Assembly: GCA_002189035.1 (NCBI GenBank)
Contig: NEEC01000044.1
Location: 4,523-68,522 of the forward strand
DNA length: 64,000 nucleotides
DNA from: Utricularia gibba
Lineage: Eukaryota > Plantae > Magnoliophyta
Direction: 5' to 3'
The notes under the pieces are model-generated. The model had not been told where the DNA came from and ran no database searches. It saw only the letters and a list, made by a program, of their open reading frames with translations. Both the position numbers and the translations under genes were made by a program. Numbering within the stretch: position 1 is the stretch's first letter; the number at the start of each line of letters is the position of its first letter. Of the stretch, positions 8,601-23,900 are shown in pieces.

Positions 8601-11600
8601 CTCCTCTGACGTATGCTCGGTTCTCCTTGTAGGTGGAGTGGATGGTGGTCCCGATGACGCGCCTCCTACATGCACCTCGAACCACGCAGGTAATGCAAGC
8701 ACACGCAACATCATGCGTCTTCACTCCACAGCAGGAGGCTCCATGCATGTTTCTAACAGCATCGATCATTCGCTCCCCTTCATTTCGAGCTTCACGAGAT
8801 GGCTGGAATACCATCGAAACCCTGCATATCTTTCCTGGAGCACCCGCCCAAGTGCGACAAAGCTCCTATTTTCTTAGGACATCCGCGTCATGGCCATTCT
8901 TCGTCTCAACTTGTTTTCCCAGAGTGGGCTCGAAGGCGACGATCCGTTAACATGCAGCAAAGGAAGCCAACACTCGCCAACAGAAGGTCACGCTTTGCGG
9001 AAACCATGCTCTCTAAAAGGCATTGCATAACAATCCGAACGAGCTCACCAGCAGGAACTCAGGGAACGTGAGTTGGGACATGATGAAAGGGAAGTATGAG
9101 GCGAATTCGCATTCCAATGTTATCACTATTTGCGATCCCAAAATTGAATCCAAAAGTTCGTAGCAGAGAGGCTGCAAAAAACTACAGAAATCGGTTCTCG
9201 AAGGCCGTACCAGCATTCCAACATGAGGGGCACACGCAAAGGGATCCTTGGAGCAACAAACGGTGGTACGCATACGCGACCAGGGTTGCGCCCAAAGTCA
9301 TCGATCCTGGATCGCGGCGTTGTGAACGTCGTTTTCACAATCGTGTAGCTGTGTAGAACCATTCAAGCTGTAGAATGCAAGGTGCGCCTACATGTCCGGT
9401 GGTTCGAAGGAGCGTTCATCCGCATGAGGTTTCTGCGAGTCCAAGGGTTGGAATGCAGTCAATTAGCCATGGGAGTAAGAAAAAAAGACGAACAAGTCGA
9501 GAAACCCTCCAAAAGGGCGCGGTGTCTAGAACACCTCCTTTGAGAATGGAGGGCGGATGGAACTTGCTCCACATGCCGCGAATGGAGATATGCATACGAA
9601 AAAACACCAACATCGGGTCACCGACGTCGTTGCCAAGGAACTCTCTACAAGCACCGTGTGACGACCTCCTTTGCAGCTATTGGATCCCCCTGCGGAGTGT
9701 CTCCGTACCTCGAAAAAACGAGCTTTCTACGGTAGCTCGTTTTCAGGAGCGCATGGCTCTTGAAACTCAGCACATGGATTCGCAATGATGGCAAGGGAGA
9801 GCACGTCCAATGGCGTAGTTACCGCGCCGCAATCGCATTCGAGGAGAAAAGAAGTTGTTTGGAAAAGAATTGGGCATCAAGGAAGACCGTTCAAATAGGC
9901 TCACGAAATTTGGAATTGGAGCAGCAGTACGTGTGACTTGTGTTGCTCCACCATTATGTGCGTCGATGGGTGTAGCGTGTTTGCGCAGTTTCACAAGGAT
10001 ACAGGGTGGCGAACAGTAGTTTGCAATAAGCATGAAGCGGGGGGTACCGCTTGTGCACAAAAAGCTATAAAAGCTGTCCTTGTATAATTTCCCATGGGTA
10101 TGAACCAGGTGCCGGGTTCACACGCAAGCCTTCAGGTGAATCTACGTGACGATATTCATTCCAAGCTCCGTCGGATAGTGCCACCCTCGATAGCCAGCAT
10201 ATCAATGCTATCTTGACAGGCTGCTGACGGGAATCGACAGTCCCCGAGCTCACTTTTTGCTACATGGATTTAAAGAAGTTGAGTAGCTTATGTTTGTATG
10301 CAGAACACGAGAAGTCCCCATCCGTCGCAGAAAAGGGGCGTGGATAGATGTGAGTGTTGCCACTCCCTTCTCTATGACCTTAAAATCGTGTATTTGTGTG
10401 CTTCTTGCGGTTTGTCTTCAGACCGGAATGTCCTTCTTCGAGGTTCACTTCATTGTGGTGCACTCGGGTTGTTCCGCTTGTATTTCCTCACGAGAGGAGA
10501 TACGTTTGTGTCCTCCTTCACTTCATGGAAAGATGTGGGAGCACGCAGCAGATTATGGAGATTTGAAACAGAACACACATCACGAGGCAACCTAACGACG
10601 CAGCAACCAGCCCGACCTCGGTCTACCTGGAGCACCATCAATGAGCATGGCGTTGGAAGTGGCATACTCTACATGCAAAACGTAACCACCACCTCCTCTG
10701 ACGTATGCTCGGTTCTCCTTGTAGGTGGAGTGGATGGTGGTCCCGATGACGCGCCTCCTACATGCACCTCGAACCACGCAGGTAATGCAAGCACACGCAA
10801 CATCATGCGTCTTCACTCCACAGCAGGAGGCTCCATGCATGTTTCTAACAGCATCGATCATTCGCTCCCCTTCATTTCGAGCTTCACGAGATGGCTGGAA
10901 TACCATCGAAACCCTGCATATCTTTCCTGGAGCACCCGCCCAAGTGCGACAAAGCTCCTATTTTCTTAGGACATCCGCGTCATGGCCATTCTTCGTCTCA
11001 ACTTGTTTTCCCAGAGTGGGCTCGAAGGCGACGATCCGTTAACATGCAGCAAAGGAAGCCAACACTCGCCAACAGAAGGTCACGCTTTGCGGAAACCATG
11101 CTCTCTAAAAGGCATTGCATAACAATCCGAACGAGCTCACCAGCAGGAACTCAGGGAACGTGAGTTGGGACATGATGAAAGGGAAGTATGAGGCGAATTC
11201 GCATTCCAATGTTATCACTATTTGCGATCCCAAAATTGAATCCAAAAGTTCGTAGCAGAGAGGCTGCAAAAAACTACAGAAATCGGTTCTCGAAGGCCGT
11301 ACCAGCATTCCAACATGAGGGGCACACGCAAAGGGATCCTTGGAGCAACAAACGGTGGTACGCATACGCGACCAGGGTTGCGCCCAAAGTCATCGATCCT
11401 GGATCGCGGCGTTGTGAACGTCGTTTTCACAATCGTGTAGCTGTGTAGAACCATTCAAGCTGTAGAATGCAAGGTGCGCCTACATGTCCGGTGGTTCGAA
11501 GGAGCGTTCATCCGCATGAGGTTTCTGCGAGTCCAAGGGTTGGAATGCAGTCAATTAGCCATGGGAGTAAGAAAAAAAGACGAACAAGTCGAGAAACCCT

Positions 11601-14600
11601 CCAAAAGGGCGCGGTGTCTAGAACACCTCCTTTGAGAATGGAGGGCGGATGGAACTTGCTCCACATGCCGCGAATGGAGATATGCATACGAAAAAACACC
11701 AACATCGGGTCACCGACGTCGTTGCCAAGGAACTCTCTACAAGCACCGTGTGACGACCTCCTTTGCAGCTATTGGATCCCCCTGCGGAGTGTCTCCGTAC
11801 CTCGAAAAAACGAGCTTTCTACGGTAGCTCGTTTTCAGGAGCGCATGGCTCTTGAAACTCAGCACATGGATTCGCAATGATGGCAAGGGAGAGCACGTCC
11901 AATGGCGTAGTTACCGCGCCGCAATCGCATTCGAGGAGAAAAGAAGTTGTTTGGAAAAGAATTGGGCATCAAGGAAGACCGTTCAAATAGGCTCACGAAA
12001 TTTGGAATTGGAGCAGCAGTACGTGTGACTTGTGTTGCTCCACCATTATGTGCGTCGATGGGTGTAGCGTGTTTGCGCAGTTTCACAAGGATACAGGGTG
12101 GCGAACAGTAGTTTGCAATAAGCATGAAGCGGGGGGTACCGCTTGTGCACAAAAAGCTATAAAAGCTGTCCTTGTATAATTTCCCATGGGTATGAACCAG
12201 GTGCCGGGTTCACACGCAAGCCTTCAGGTGAATCTACGTGACGATATTCATTCCAAGCTCCGTCGGATAGTGCCACCCTCGATAGCCAGCATATCAATGC
12301 TATCTTGACAGGCTGCTGACGGGAATCGACAGTCCCCGAGCTCACTTTTTGCTACATGGATTTAAAGAAGTTGAGTAGCTTATGTTTGTATGCAGAACAC
12401 GAGAAGTCCCCATCCGTCGCAGAAAAGGGGCGTGGATAGATGTGAGTGTTGCCACTCCCTTCTCTATGACCTTAAAATCGTGTATTTGTGTGCTTCTTGC
12501 GGTTTGTCTTCAGACCGGAATGTCCTTCTTCGAGGTTCACTTCATTGTGGTGCACTCGGGTTGTTCCGCTTGTATTTCCTCACGAGAGGAGATACGTTTG
12601 TGTCCTCCTTCACTTCATGGAAAGATGTGGGAGCACGCAGCAGATTATGGAGATTTGAAACAGAACACACATCACGAGGCAACCTAACGACGCAGCAACC
12701 AGCCCGACCTCGGTCTACCTGGAGCACCATCAATGAGCATGGCGTTGGAAGTGGCATACTCTACATGCAAAACGTAACCACCACCTCCTCTGACGTATGC
12801 TCGGTTCTCCTTGTAGGTGGAGTGGATGGTGGTCCCGATGACGCGCCTCCTACATGCACCTCGAACCACGCAGGTAATGCAAGCACACGCAACATCATGC
12901 GTCTTCACTCCACAGCAGGAGGCTCCATGCATGTTTCTAACAGCATCGATCATTCGCTCCCCTTCATTTCGAGCTTCACGAGATGGCTGGAATACCATCG
13001 AAACCCTGCATATCTTTCCTGGAGCACCCGCCCAAGTGCGACAAAGCTCCTATTTTCTTAGGACATCCGCGTCATGGCCATTCTTCGTCTCAACTTGTTT
13101 TCCCAGAGTGGGCTCGAAGGCGACGATCCGTTAACATGCAGCAAAGGAAGCCAACACTCGCCAACAGAAGGTCACGCTTTGCGGAAACCATGCTCTCTAA
13201 AAGGCATTGCATAACAATCCGAACGAGCTCACCAGCAGGAACTCAGGGAACGTGAGTTGGGACATGATGAAAGGGAAGTATGAGGCGAATTCGCATTCCA
13301 ATGTTATCACTATTTGCGATCCCAAAATTGAATCCAAAAGTTCGTAGCAGAGAGGCTGCAAAAAACTACAGAAATCGGTTCTCGAAGGCCGTACCAGCAT
13401 TCCAACATGAGGGGCACACGCAAAGGGATCCTTGGAGCAACAAACGGTGGTACGCATACGCGACCAGGGTTGCGCCCAAAGTCATCGATCCTGGATCGCG
13501 GCGTTGTGAACGTCGTTTTCACAATCGTGTAGCTGTGTAGAACCATTCAAGCTGTAGAATGCAAGGTGCGCCTACATGTCCGGTGGTTCGAAGGAGCGTT
13601 CATCCGCATGAGGTTTCTGCGAGTCCAAGGGTTGGAATGCAGTCAATTAGCCATGGGAGTAAGAAAAAAAGACGAACAAGTCGAGAAACCCTCCAAAAGG
13701 GCGCGGTGTCTAGAACACCTCCTTTGAGAATGGAGGGCGGATGGAACTTGCTCCACATGCCGCGAATGGAGATATGCATACGAAAAAACACCAACATCGG
13801 GTCACCGACGTCGTTGCCAAGGAACTCTCTACAAGCACCGTGTGACGACCTCCTTTGCAGCTATTGGATCCCCCTGCGGAGTGTCTCCGTACCTCGAAAA
13901 AACGAGCTTTCTACGGTAGCTCGTTTTCAGGAGCGCATGGCTCTTGAAACTCAGCACATGGATTCGCAATGATGGCAAGGGAGAGCACGTCCAATGGCGT
14001 AGTTACCGCGCCGCAATCGCATTCGAGGAGAAAAGAAGTTGTTTGGAAAAGAATTGGGCATCAAGGAAGACCGTTCAAATAGGCTCACGAAATTTGGAAT
14101 TGGAGCAGCAGTACGTGTGACTTGTGTTGCTCCACCATTATGTGCGTCGATGGGTGTAGCGTGTTTGCGCAGTTTCACAAGGATACAGGGTGGCGAACAG
14201 TAGTTTGCAATAAGCATGAAGCGGGGGGTACCGCTTGTGCACAAAAAGCTATAAAAGCTGTCCTTGTATAATTTCCCATGGGTATGAACCAGGTGCCGGG
14301 TTCACACGCAAGCCTTCAGGTGAATCTACGTGACGATATTCATTCCAAGCTCCGTCGGATAGTGCCACCCTCGATAGCCAGCATATCAATGCTATCTTGA
14401 CAGGCTGCTGACGGGAATCGACAGTCCCCGAGCTCACTTTTTGCTACATGGATTTAAAGAAGTTGAGTAGCTTATGTTTGTATGCAGAACACGAGAAGTC
14501 CCCATCCGTCGCAGAAAAGGGGCGTGGATAGATGTGAGTGTTGCCACTCCCTTCTCTATGACCTTAAAATCGTGTATTTGTGTGCTTCTTGCGGTTTGTC

Positions 14601-17600
14601 TTCAGACCGGAATGTCCTTCTTCGAGGTTCACTTCATTGTGGTGCACTCGGGTTGTTCCGCTTGTATTTCCTCACGAGAGGAGATACGTTTGTGTCCTCC
14701 TTCACTTCATGGAAAGATGTGGGAGCACGCAGCAGATTATGGAGATTTGAAACAGAACACACATCACGAGGCAACCTAACGACGCAGCAACCAGCCCGAC
14801 CTCGGTCTACCTGGAGCACCATCAATGAGCATGGCGTTGGAAGTGGCATACTCTACATGCAAAACGTAACCACCACCTCCTCTGACGTATGCTCGGTTCT
14901 CCTTGTAGGTGGAGTGGATGGTGGTCCCGATGACGCGCCTCCTACATGCACCTCGAACCACGCAGGTAATGCAAGCACACGCAACATCATGCGTCTTCAC
15001 TCCACAGCAGGAGGCTCCATGCATGTTTCTAACAGCATCGATCATTCGCTCCCCTTCATTTCGAGCTTCACGAGATGGCTGGAATACCATCGAAACCCTG
15101 CATATCTTTCCTGGAGCACCCGCCCAAGTGCGACAAAGCTCCTATTTTCTTAGGACATCCGCGTCATGGCCATTCTTCGTCTCAACTTGTTTTCCCAGAG
15201 TGGGCTCGAAGGCGACGATCCGTTAACATGCAGCAAAGGAAGCCAACACTCGCCAACAGAAGGTCACGCTTTGCGGAAACCATGCTCTCTAAAAGGCATT
15301 GCATAACAATCCGAACGAGCTCACCAGCAGGAACTCAGGGAACGTGAGTTGGGACATGATGAAAGGGAAGTATGAGGCGAATTCGCATTCCAATGTTATC
15401 ACTATTTGCGATCCCAAAATTGAATCCAAAAGTTCGTAGCAGAGAGGCTGCAAAAAACTACAGAAATCGGTTCTCGAAGGCCGTACCAGCATTCCAACAT
15501 GAGGGGCACACGCAAAGGGATCCTTGGAGCAACAAACGGTGGTACGCATACGCGACCAGGGTTGCGCCCAAAGTCATCGATCCTGGATCGCGGCGTTGTG
15601 AACGTCGTTTTCACAATCGTGTAGCTGTGTAGAACCATTCAAGCTGTAGAATGCAAGGTGCGCCTACATGTCCGGTGGTTCGAAGGAGCGTTCATCCGCA
15701 TGAGGTTTCTGCGAGTCCAAGGGTTGGAATGCAGTCAATTAGCCATGGGAGTAAGAAAAAAAGACGAACAAGTCGAGAAACCCTCCAAAAGGGCGCGGTG
15801 TCTAGAACACCTCCTTTGAGAATGGAGGGCGGATGGAACTTGCTCCACATGCCGCGAATGGAGATATGCATACGAAAAAACACCAACATCGGGTCACCGA
15901 CGTCGTTGCCAAGGAACTCTCTACAAGCACCGTGTGACGACCTCCTTTGCAGCTATTGGATCCCCCTGCGGAGTGTCTCCGTACCTCGAAAAAACGAGCT
16001 TTCTACGGTAGCTCGTTTTCAGGAGCGCATGGCTCTTGAAACTCAGCACATGGATTCGCAATGATGGCAAGGGAGAGCACGTCCAATGGCGTAGTTACCG
16101 CGCCGCAATCGCATTCGAGGAGAAAAGAAGTTGTTTGGAAAAGAATTGGGCATCAAGGAAGACCGTTCAAATAGGCTCACGAAATTTGGAATTGGAGCAG
16201 CAGTACGTGTGACTTGTGTTGCTCCACCATTATGTGCGTCGATGGGTGTAGCGTGTTTGCGCAGTTTCACAAGGATACAGGGTGGCGAACAGTAGTTTGC
16301 AATAAGCATGAAGCGGGGGGTACCGCTTGTGCACAAAAAGCTATAAAAGCTGTCCTTGTATAATTTCCCATGGGTATGAACCAGGTGCCGGGTTCACACG
16401 CAAGCCTTCAGGTGAATCTACGTGACGATATTCATTCCAAGCTCCGTCGGATAGTGCCACCCTCGATAGCCAGCATATCAATGCTATCTTGACAGGCTGC
16501 TGACGGGAATCGACAGTCCCCGAGCTCACTTTTTGCTACATGGATTTAAAGAAGTTGAGTAGCTTATGTTTGTATGCAGAACACGAGAAGTCCCCATCCG
16601 TCGCAGAAAAGGGGCGTGGATAGATGTGAGTGTTGCCACTCCCTTCTCTATGACCTTAAAATCGTGTATTTGTGTGCTTCTTGCGGTTTGTCTTCAGACC
16701 GGAATGTCCTTCTTCGAGGTTCACTTCATTGTGGTGCACTCGGGTTGTTCCGCTTGTATTTCCTCACGAGAGGAGATACGTTTGTGTCCTCCTTCACTTC
16801 ATGGAAAGATGTGGGAGCACGCAGCAGATTATGGAGATTTGAAACAGAACACACATCACGAGGCAACCTAACGACGCAGCAACCAGCCCGACCTCGGTCT
16901 ACCTGGAGCACCATCAATGAGCATGGCGTTGGAAGTGGCATACTCTACATGCAAAACGTAACCACCACCTCCTCTGACGTATGCTCGGTTCTCCTTGTAG
17001 GTGGAGTGGATGGTGGTCCCGATGACGCGCCTCCTACATGCACCTCGAACCACGCAGGTAATGCAAGCACACGCAACATCATGCGTCTTCACTCCACAGC
17101 AGGAGGCTCCATGCATGTTTCTAACAGCATCGATCATTCGCTCCCCTTCATTTCGAGCTTCACGAGATGGCTGGAATACCATCGAAACCCTGCATATCTT
17201 TCCTGGAGCACCCGCCCAAGTGCGACAAAGCTCCTATTTTCTTAGGACATCCGCGTCATGGCCATTCTTCGTCTCAACTTGTTTTCCCAGAGTGGGCTCG
17301 AAGGCGACGATCCGTTAACATGCAGCAAAGGAAGCCAACACTCGCCAACAGAAGGTCACGCTTTGCGGAAACCATGCTCTCTAAAAGGCATTGCATAACA
17401 ATCCGAACGAGCTCACCAGCAGGAACTCAGGGAACGTGAGTTGGGACATGATGAAAGGGAAGTATGAGGCGAATTCGCATTCCAATGTTATCACTATTTG
17501 CGATCCCAAAATTGAATCCAAAAGTTCGTAGCAGAGAGGCTGCAAAAAACTACAGAAATCGGTTCTCGAAGGCCGTACCAGCATTCCAACATGAGGGGCA

Positions 17601-20600
17601 CACGCAAAGGGATCCTTGGAGCAACAAACGGTGGTACGCATACGCGACCAGGGTTGCGCCCAAAGTCATCGATCCTGGATCGCGGCGTTGTGAACGTCGT
17701 TTTCACAATCGTGTAGCTGTGTAGAACCATTCAAGCTGTAGAATGCAAGGTGCGCCTACATGTCCGGTGGTTCGAAGGAGCGTTCATCCGCATGAGGTTT
17801 CTGCGAGTCCAAGGGTTGGAATGCAGTCAATTAGCCATGGGAGTAAGAAAAAAAGACGAACAAGTCGAGAAACCCTCCAAAAGGGCGCGGTGTCTAGAAC
17901 ACCTCCTTTGAGAATGGAGGGCGGATGGAACTTGCTCCACATGCCGCGAATGGAGATATGCATACGAAAAAACACCAACATCGGGTCACCGACGTCGTTG
18001 CCAAGGAACTCTCTACAAGCACCGTGTGACGACCTCCTTTGCAGCTATTGGATCCCCCTGCGGAGTGTCTCCGTACCTCGAAAAAACGAGCTTTCTACGG
18101 TAGCTCGTTTTCAGGAGCGCATGGCTCTTGAAACTCAGCACATGGATTCGCAATGATGGCAAGGGAGAGCACGTCCAATGGCGTAGTTACCGCGCCGCAA
18201 TCGCATTCGAGGAGAAAAGAAGTTGTTTGGAAAAGAATTGGGCATCAAGGAAGACCGTTCAAATAGGCTCACGAAATTTGGAATTGGAGCAGCAGTACGT
18301 GTGACTTGTGTTGCTCCACCATTATGTGCGTCGATGGGTGTAGCGTGTTTGCGCAGTTTCACAAGGATACAGGGTGGCGAACAGTAGTTTGCAATAAGCA
18401 TGAAGCGGGGGGTACCGCTTGTGCACAAAAAGCTATAAAAGCTGTCCTTGTATAATTTCCCATGGGTATGAACCAGGTGCCGGGTTCACACGCAAGCCTT
18501 CAGGTGAATCTACGTGACGATATTCATTCCAAGCTCCGTCGGATAGTGCCACCCTCGATAGCCAGCATATCAATGCTATCTTGACAGGCTGCTGACGGGA
18601 ATCGACAGTCCCCGAGCTCACTTTTTGCTACATGGATTTAAAGAAGTTGAGTAGCTTATGTTTGTATGCAGAACACGAGAAGTCCCCATCCGTCGCAGAA
18701 AAGGGGCGTGGATAGATGTGAGTGTTGCCACTCCCTTCTCTATGACCTTAAAATCGTGTATTTGTGTGCTTCTTGCGGTTTGTCTTCAGACCGGAATGTC
18801 CTTCTTCGAGGTTCACTTCATTGTGGTGCACTCGGGTTGTTCCGCTTGTATTTCCTCACGAGAGGAGATACGTTTGTGTCCTCCTTCACTTCATGGAAAG
18901 ATGTGGGAGCACGCAGCAGATTATGGAGATTTGAAACAGAACACACATCACGAGGCAACCTAACGACGCAGCAACCAGCCCGACCTCGGTCTACCTGGAG
19001 CACCATCAATGAGCATGGCGTTGGAAGTGGCATACTCTACATGCAAAACGTAACCACCACCTCCTCTGACGTATGCTCGGTTCTCCTTGTAGGTGGAGTG
19101 GATGGTGGTCCCGATGACGCGCCTCCTACATGCACCTCGAACCACGCAGGTAATGCAAGCACACGCAACATCATGCGTCTTCACTCCACAGCAGGAGGCT
19201 CCATGCATGTTTCTAACAGCATCGATCATTCGCTCCCCTTCATTTCGAGCTTCACGAGATGGCTGGAATACCATCGAAACCCTGCATATCTTTCCTGGAG
19301 CACCCGCCCAAGTGCGACAAAGCTCCTATTTTCTTAGGACATCCGCGTCATGGCCATTCTTCGTCTCAACTTGTTTTCCCAGAGTGGGCTCGAAGGCGAC
19401 GATCCGTTAACATGCAGCAAAGGAAGCCAACACTCGCCAACAGAAGGTCACGCTTTGCGGAAACCATGCTCTCTAAAAGGCATTGCATAACAATCCGAAC
19501 GAGCTCACCAGCAGGAACTCAGGGAACGTGAGTTGGGACATGATGAAAGGGAAGTATGAGGCGAATTCGCATTCCAATGTTATCACTATTTGCGATCCCA
19601 AAATTGAATCCAAAAGTTCGTAGCAGAGAGGCTGCAAAAAACTACAGAAATCGGTTCTCGAAGGCCGTACCAGCATTCCAACATGAGGGGCACACGCAAA
19701 GGGATCCTTGGAGCAACAAACGGTGGTACGCATACGCGACCAGGGTTGCGCCCAAAGTCATCGATCCTGGATCGCGGCGTTGTGAACGTCGTTTTCACAA
19801 TCGTGTAGCTGTGTAGAACCATTCAAGCTGTAGAATGCAAGGTGCGCCTACATGTCCGGTGGTTCGAAGGAGCGTTCATCCGCATGAGGTTTCTGCGAGT
19901 CCAAGGGTTGGAATGCAGTCAATTAGCCATGGGAGTAAGAAAAAAAGACGAACAAGTCGAGAAACCCTCCAAAAGGGCGCGGTGTCTAGAACACCTCCTT
20001 TGAGAATGGAGGGCGGATGGAACTTGCTCCACATGCCGCGAATGGAGATATGCATACGAAAAAACACCAACATCGGGTCACCGACGTCGTTGCCAAGGAA
20101 CTCTCTACAAGCACCGTGTGACGACCTCCTTTGCAGCTATTGGATCCCCCTGCGGAGTGTCTCCGTACCTCGAAAAAACGAGCTTTCTACGGTAGCTCGT
20201 TTTCAGGAGCGCATGGCTCTTGAAACTCAGCACATGGATTCGCAATGATGGCAAGGGAGAGCACGTCCAATGGCGTAGTTACCGCGCCGCAATCGCATTC
20301 GAGGAGAAAAGAAGTTGTTTGGAAAAGAATTGGGCATCAAGGAAGACCGTTCAAATAGGCTCACGAAATTTGGAATTGGAGCAGCAGTACGTGTGACTTG
20401 TGTTGCTCCACCATTATGTGCGTCGATGGGTGTAGCGTGTTTGCGCAGTTTCACAAGGATACAGGGTGGCGAACAGTAGTTTGCAATAAGCATGAAGCGG
20501 GGGGTACCGCTTGTGCACAAAAAGCTATAAAAGCTGTCCTTGTATAATTTCCCATGGGTATGAACCAGGTGCCGGGTTCACACGCAAGCCTTCAGGTGAA

Positions 20601-20920
20601 TCTACGTGACGATATTCATTCCAAGCTCCGTCGGATAGTGCCACCCTCGATAGCCAGCATATCAATGCTATCTTGACAGGCTGCTGACGGGAATCGACAG
20701 TCCCCGAGCTCACTTTTTGCTACATGGATTTAAAGAAGTTGAGTAGCTTATGTTTGTATGCAGAACACGAGAAGTCCCCATCCGTCGCAGAAAAGGGGCG
20801 TGGATAGATGTGAGTGTTGCCACTCCCTTCTCTATGACCTTAAAATCGTGTATTTGTGTGCTTCTTGCGGTTTGTCTTCAGACCGGAATGTCCTTCTTCG
20901 AGGTTCACTTCATTGTGGTG

Positions 20921-23900
20921 CACTCGGGTTGTTCCGCTTGTATTTCCTCACGAGAGGAGATACGTTTGTGTCCTCCTTCACTTCATGGAAAGATGTGGGA
21001 GCACGCAGCAGATTATGGAGATTTGAAACAGAACACACATCACGAGGCAACCTAACGACGCAGCAACCAGCCCGACCTCGGTCTACCTGGAGCACCATCA
21101 ATGAGCATGGCGTTGGAAGTGGCATACTCTACATGCAAAACGTAACCACCACCTCCTCTGACGTATGCTCGGTTCTCCTTGTAGGTGGAGTGGATGGTGG
21201 TCCCGATGACGCGCCTCCTACATGCACCTCGAACCACGCAGGTAATGCAAGCACACGCAACATCATGCGTCTTCACTCCACAGCAGGAGGCTCCATGCAT
21301 GTTTCTAACAGCATCGATCATTCGCTCCCCTTCATTTCGAGCTTCACGAGATGGCTGGAATACCATCGAAACCCTGCATATCTTTCCTGGAGCACCCGCC
21401 CAAGTGCGACAAAGCTCCTATTTTCTTAGGACATCCGCGTCATGGCCATTCTTCGTCTCAACTTGTTTTCCCAGAGTGGGCTCGAAGGCGACGATCCGTT
21501 AACATGCAGCAAAGGAAGCCAACACTCGCCAACAGAAGGTCACGCTTTGCGGAAACCATGCTCTCTAAAAGGCATTGCATAACAATCCGAACGAGCTCAC
21601 CAGCAGGAACTCAGGGAACGTGAGTTGGGACATGATGAAAGGGAAGTATGAGGCGAATTCGCATTCCAATGTTATCACTATTTGCGATCCCAAAATTGAA
21701 TCAAAAGTTCGTAGCAGAGAGGCTGCAAAAAACTACAGAAATCGGTTCTCGAAGGCCGTACCAGCATTCCAACATGAGGGGCACACGCAAAGGGATCCTT
21801 GGAGCAACAAACGGTGGTACGCATACGCGACCAGGGTTGCGCCCAAAGTCATCGATCCTGGATCGCGGCGTTGTGAACGTCGTTTTCACAATCGTGTAGC
21901 TGTGTAGAACCATTCAAGCTGTAGAATGCAAGGTGCGCCTACATGTCCGGTGGTTCGAAGGAGCGTTCATCCGCATGAGGTTTCTGCGAGTCCAAGGGTT
22001 GGAATGCAGTCAATTAGCCATGGGAGTAAGAAAAAAACGAACAAGTCGAGAAACCCTCCAAAAGGGCGCGGTGTCTAGAACACCTCCTTTGAGAATGGAG
22101 GGCGGATGGAACTTGCTCCACATGCCGCGAATGGAGATATGCATACGAAAAAACACCAACATCGGGTCACCGACGTCGTTGCCAAGGAACTCTCTACAAG
22201 CACCGTGTGACGACCTCCTTTGCAGCTATTGGATCCCCCTGCGGAGTGTCTCCGTACCTCGAAAAAACGAGCTTTCTACGGTAGCTCGTTTTCAGGAGCG
22301 CATGGCTCTTGAAACTCAGCACATGGATTCGCAATGATGGCAAGGGAGAGCACGTCCAATGGCGTAGTTACCGCGCCGCAATCGCATTCGAGGAGAAAAG
22401 AAGTTGTTTGGAAAAGAATTGGGCATCAAGGAAGACCGTTCAAATAGGCTCACGAAATTTGGAATTGGAGCAGCAGTACGTGTGACTTGTGTTGCTCCAC
22501 CATTATGTGCGTCGATGGGTGTAGCGTGTTTGCGCAGTTTCACAAGGATACAGGGTGGCGAACAGTAGTTTGCAATAAGCATGAAGCGGGGGTACCGCTT
22601 GTGCACAAAAAGCTATAAAAGCTGTCCTTGTATAATTTCCCATGGGTATGAACCAGGTGCCGGGTTCACACGCAAGCCTTCAGGTGAATCTACGTGACGA
22701 TATTCATTCCAAGCTCCGTCGGATAGTGCCACCTCGATAGCCAGCATATCAATGCTATCTTGACAGGCTGCTGACGGGAATCGACAGTCCCCGAGCTCAC
22801 TTTTTGCTACATGGATTTAAAGAAGTTGAGTAGCTTATGTTTGTATGCAGAACACGAGAAGTCCCCATCCGTCGCAGAAAAGGGGCGTGGATAGATGTGA
22901 GTGTTGCCACTCCCTTCTCTATGACCTTAAAATCGTGTACGCGTTTGTGTCCTCCTTCACTTCATGGAAAGATGTGGGAGCACGCAGCAGATTATGGAGA
23001 TTTGAAACAGAACACACATCACGAGGCAACCTAACGACGCAGCAACCAGCCCGACCTCGGTCTACCTGGAGCACCATCAATGAGCATGGCGTTGGAAGTG
23101 GCATACTCTACATGCAAAACGTAACCACCACCTCCTCTGACGTATGCTCGGTTCTCCTTGTAGGTGGAGTGGATGGTGGTCCCGATGACGCGCCTCCTAC
23201 ATGCACCTCGAACCACGCAGGTAATGCAAGCACACGCAACATCATGCGTCTTCACTCCACAGCAGGAGGCTCCATGCATGTTTCTAACAGCATCGATCAT
23301 TCGCTCCCCTTCATTTCGAGCTTCACGAGATGGCTGGAATACCATCGAAACCTGCATATCTTTCCTGGAGCACCCGCCCAAGTGCGACAAAGCTCCTATT
23401 TTCTTAGGACATCCGCGTCATGGCCATTCTTCGTCTCAACTTGTTTTCCCAGAGTGGGCTCGAAGGCGACGATCCGTTAACATGCAGCAAAGGAAGCCAA
23501 CACTCGCCAACAGAAGGTCACGCTTTGCGGAAACCATGCTCTCTAAAAGGCATTGCATAACAATCCGAACGAGCTCACCAGCAGGAACTCAGGGAACGTG
23601 AGTTGGGACATGATGAAAGGGAAGTATGAGGCGAATTCGCATTCCAATGTTATCACTATTTGCGATCCCAAAATTGAATCTTCGTAGCAGAGAGGCTGCA
23701 AAAAACTACAGAAATCGGTTCTCGAAGGCCGTACCAGCATTCCAACATGCACACGCAAAGGGATCCTTGGAGCAACAAACGGTGGTACGCATACGCGACC
23801 AGGGTTGCGCCCAAAGTCATCGATCCTGGATCGCGGCGTTGTGAACGTCGTTTTCACAATCGTGTAGCTGTGTAGAACCATTCAAGCTGTAGAATGCAAG

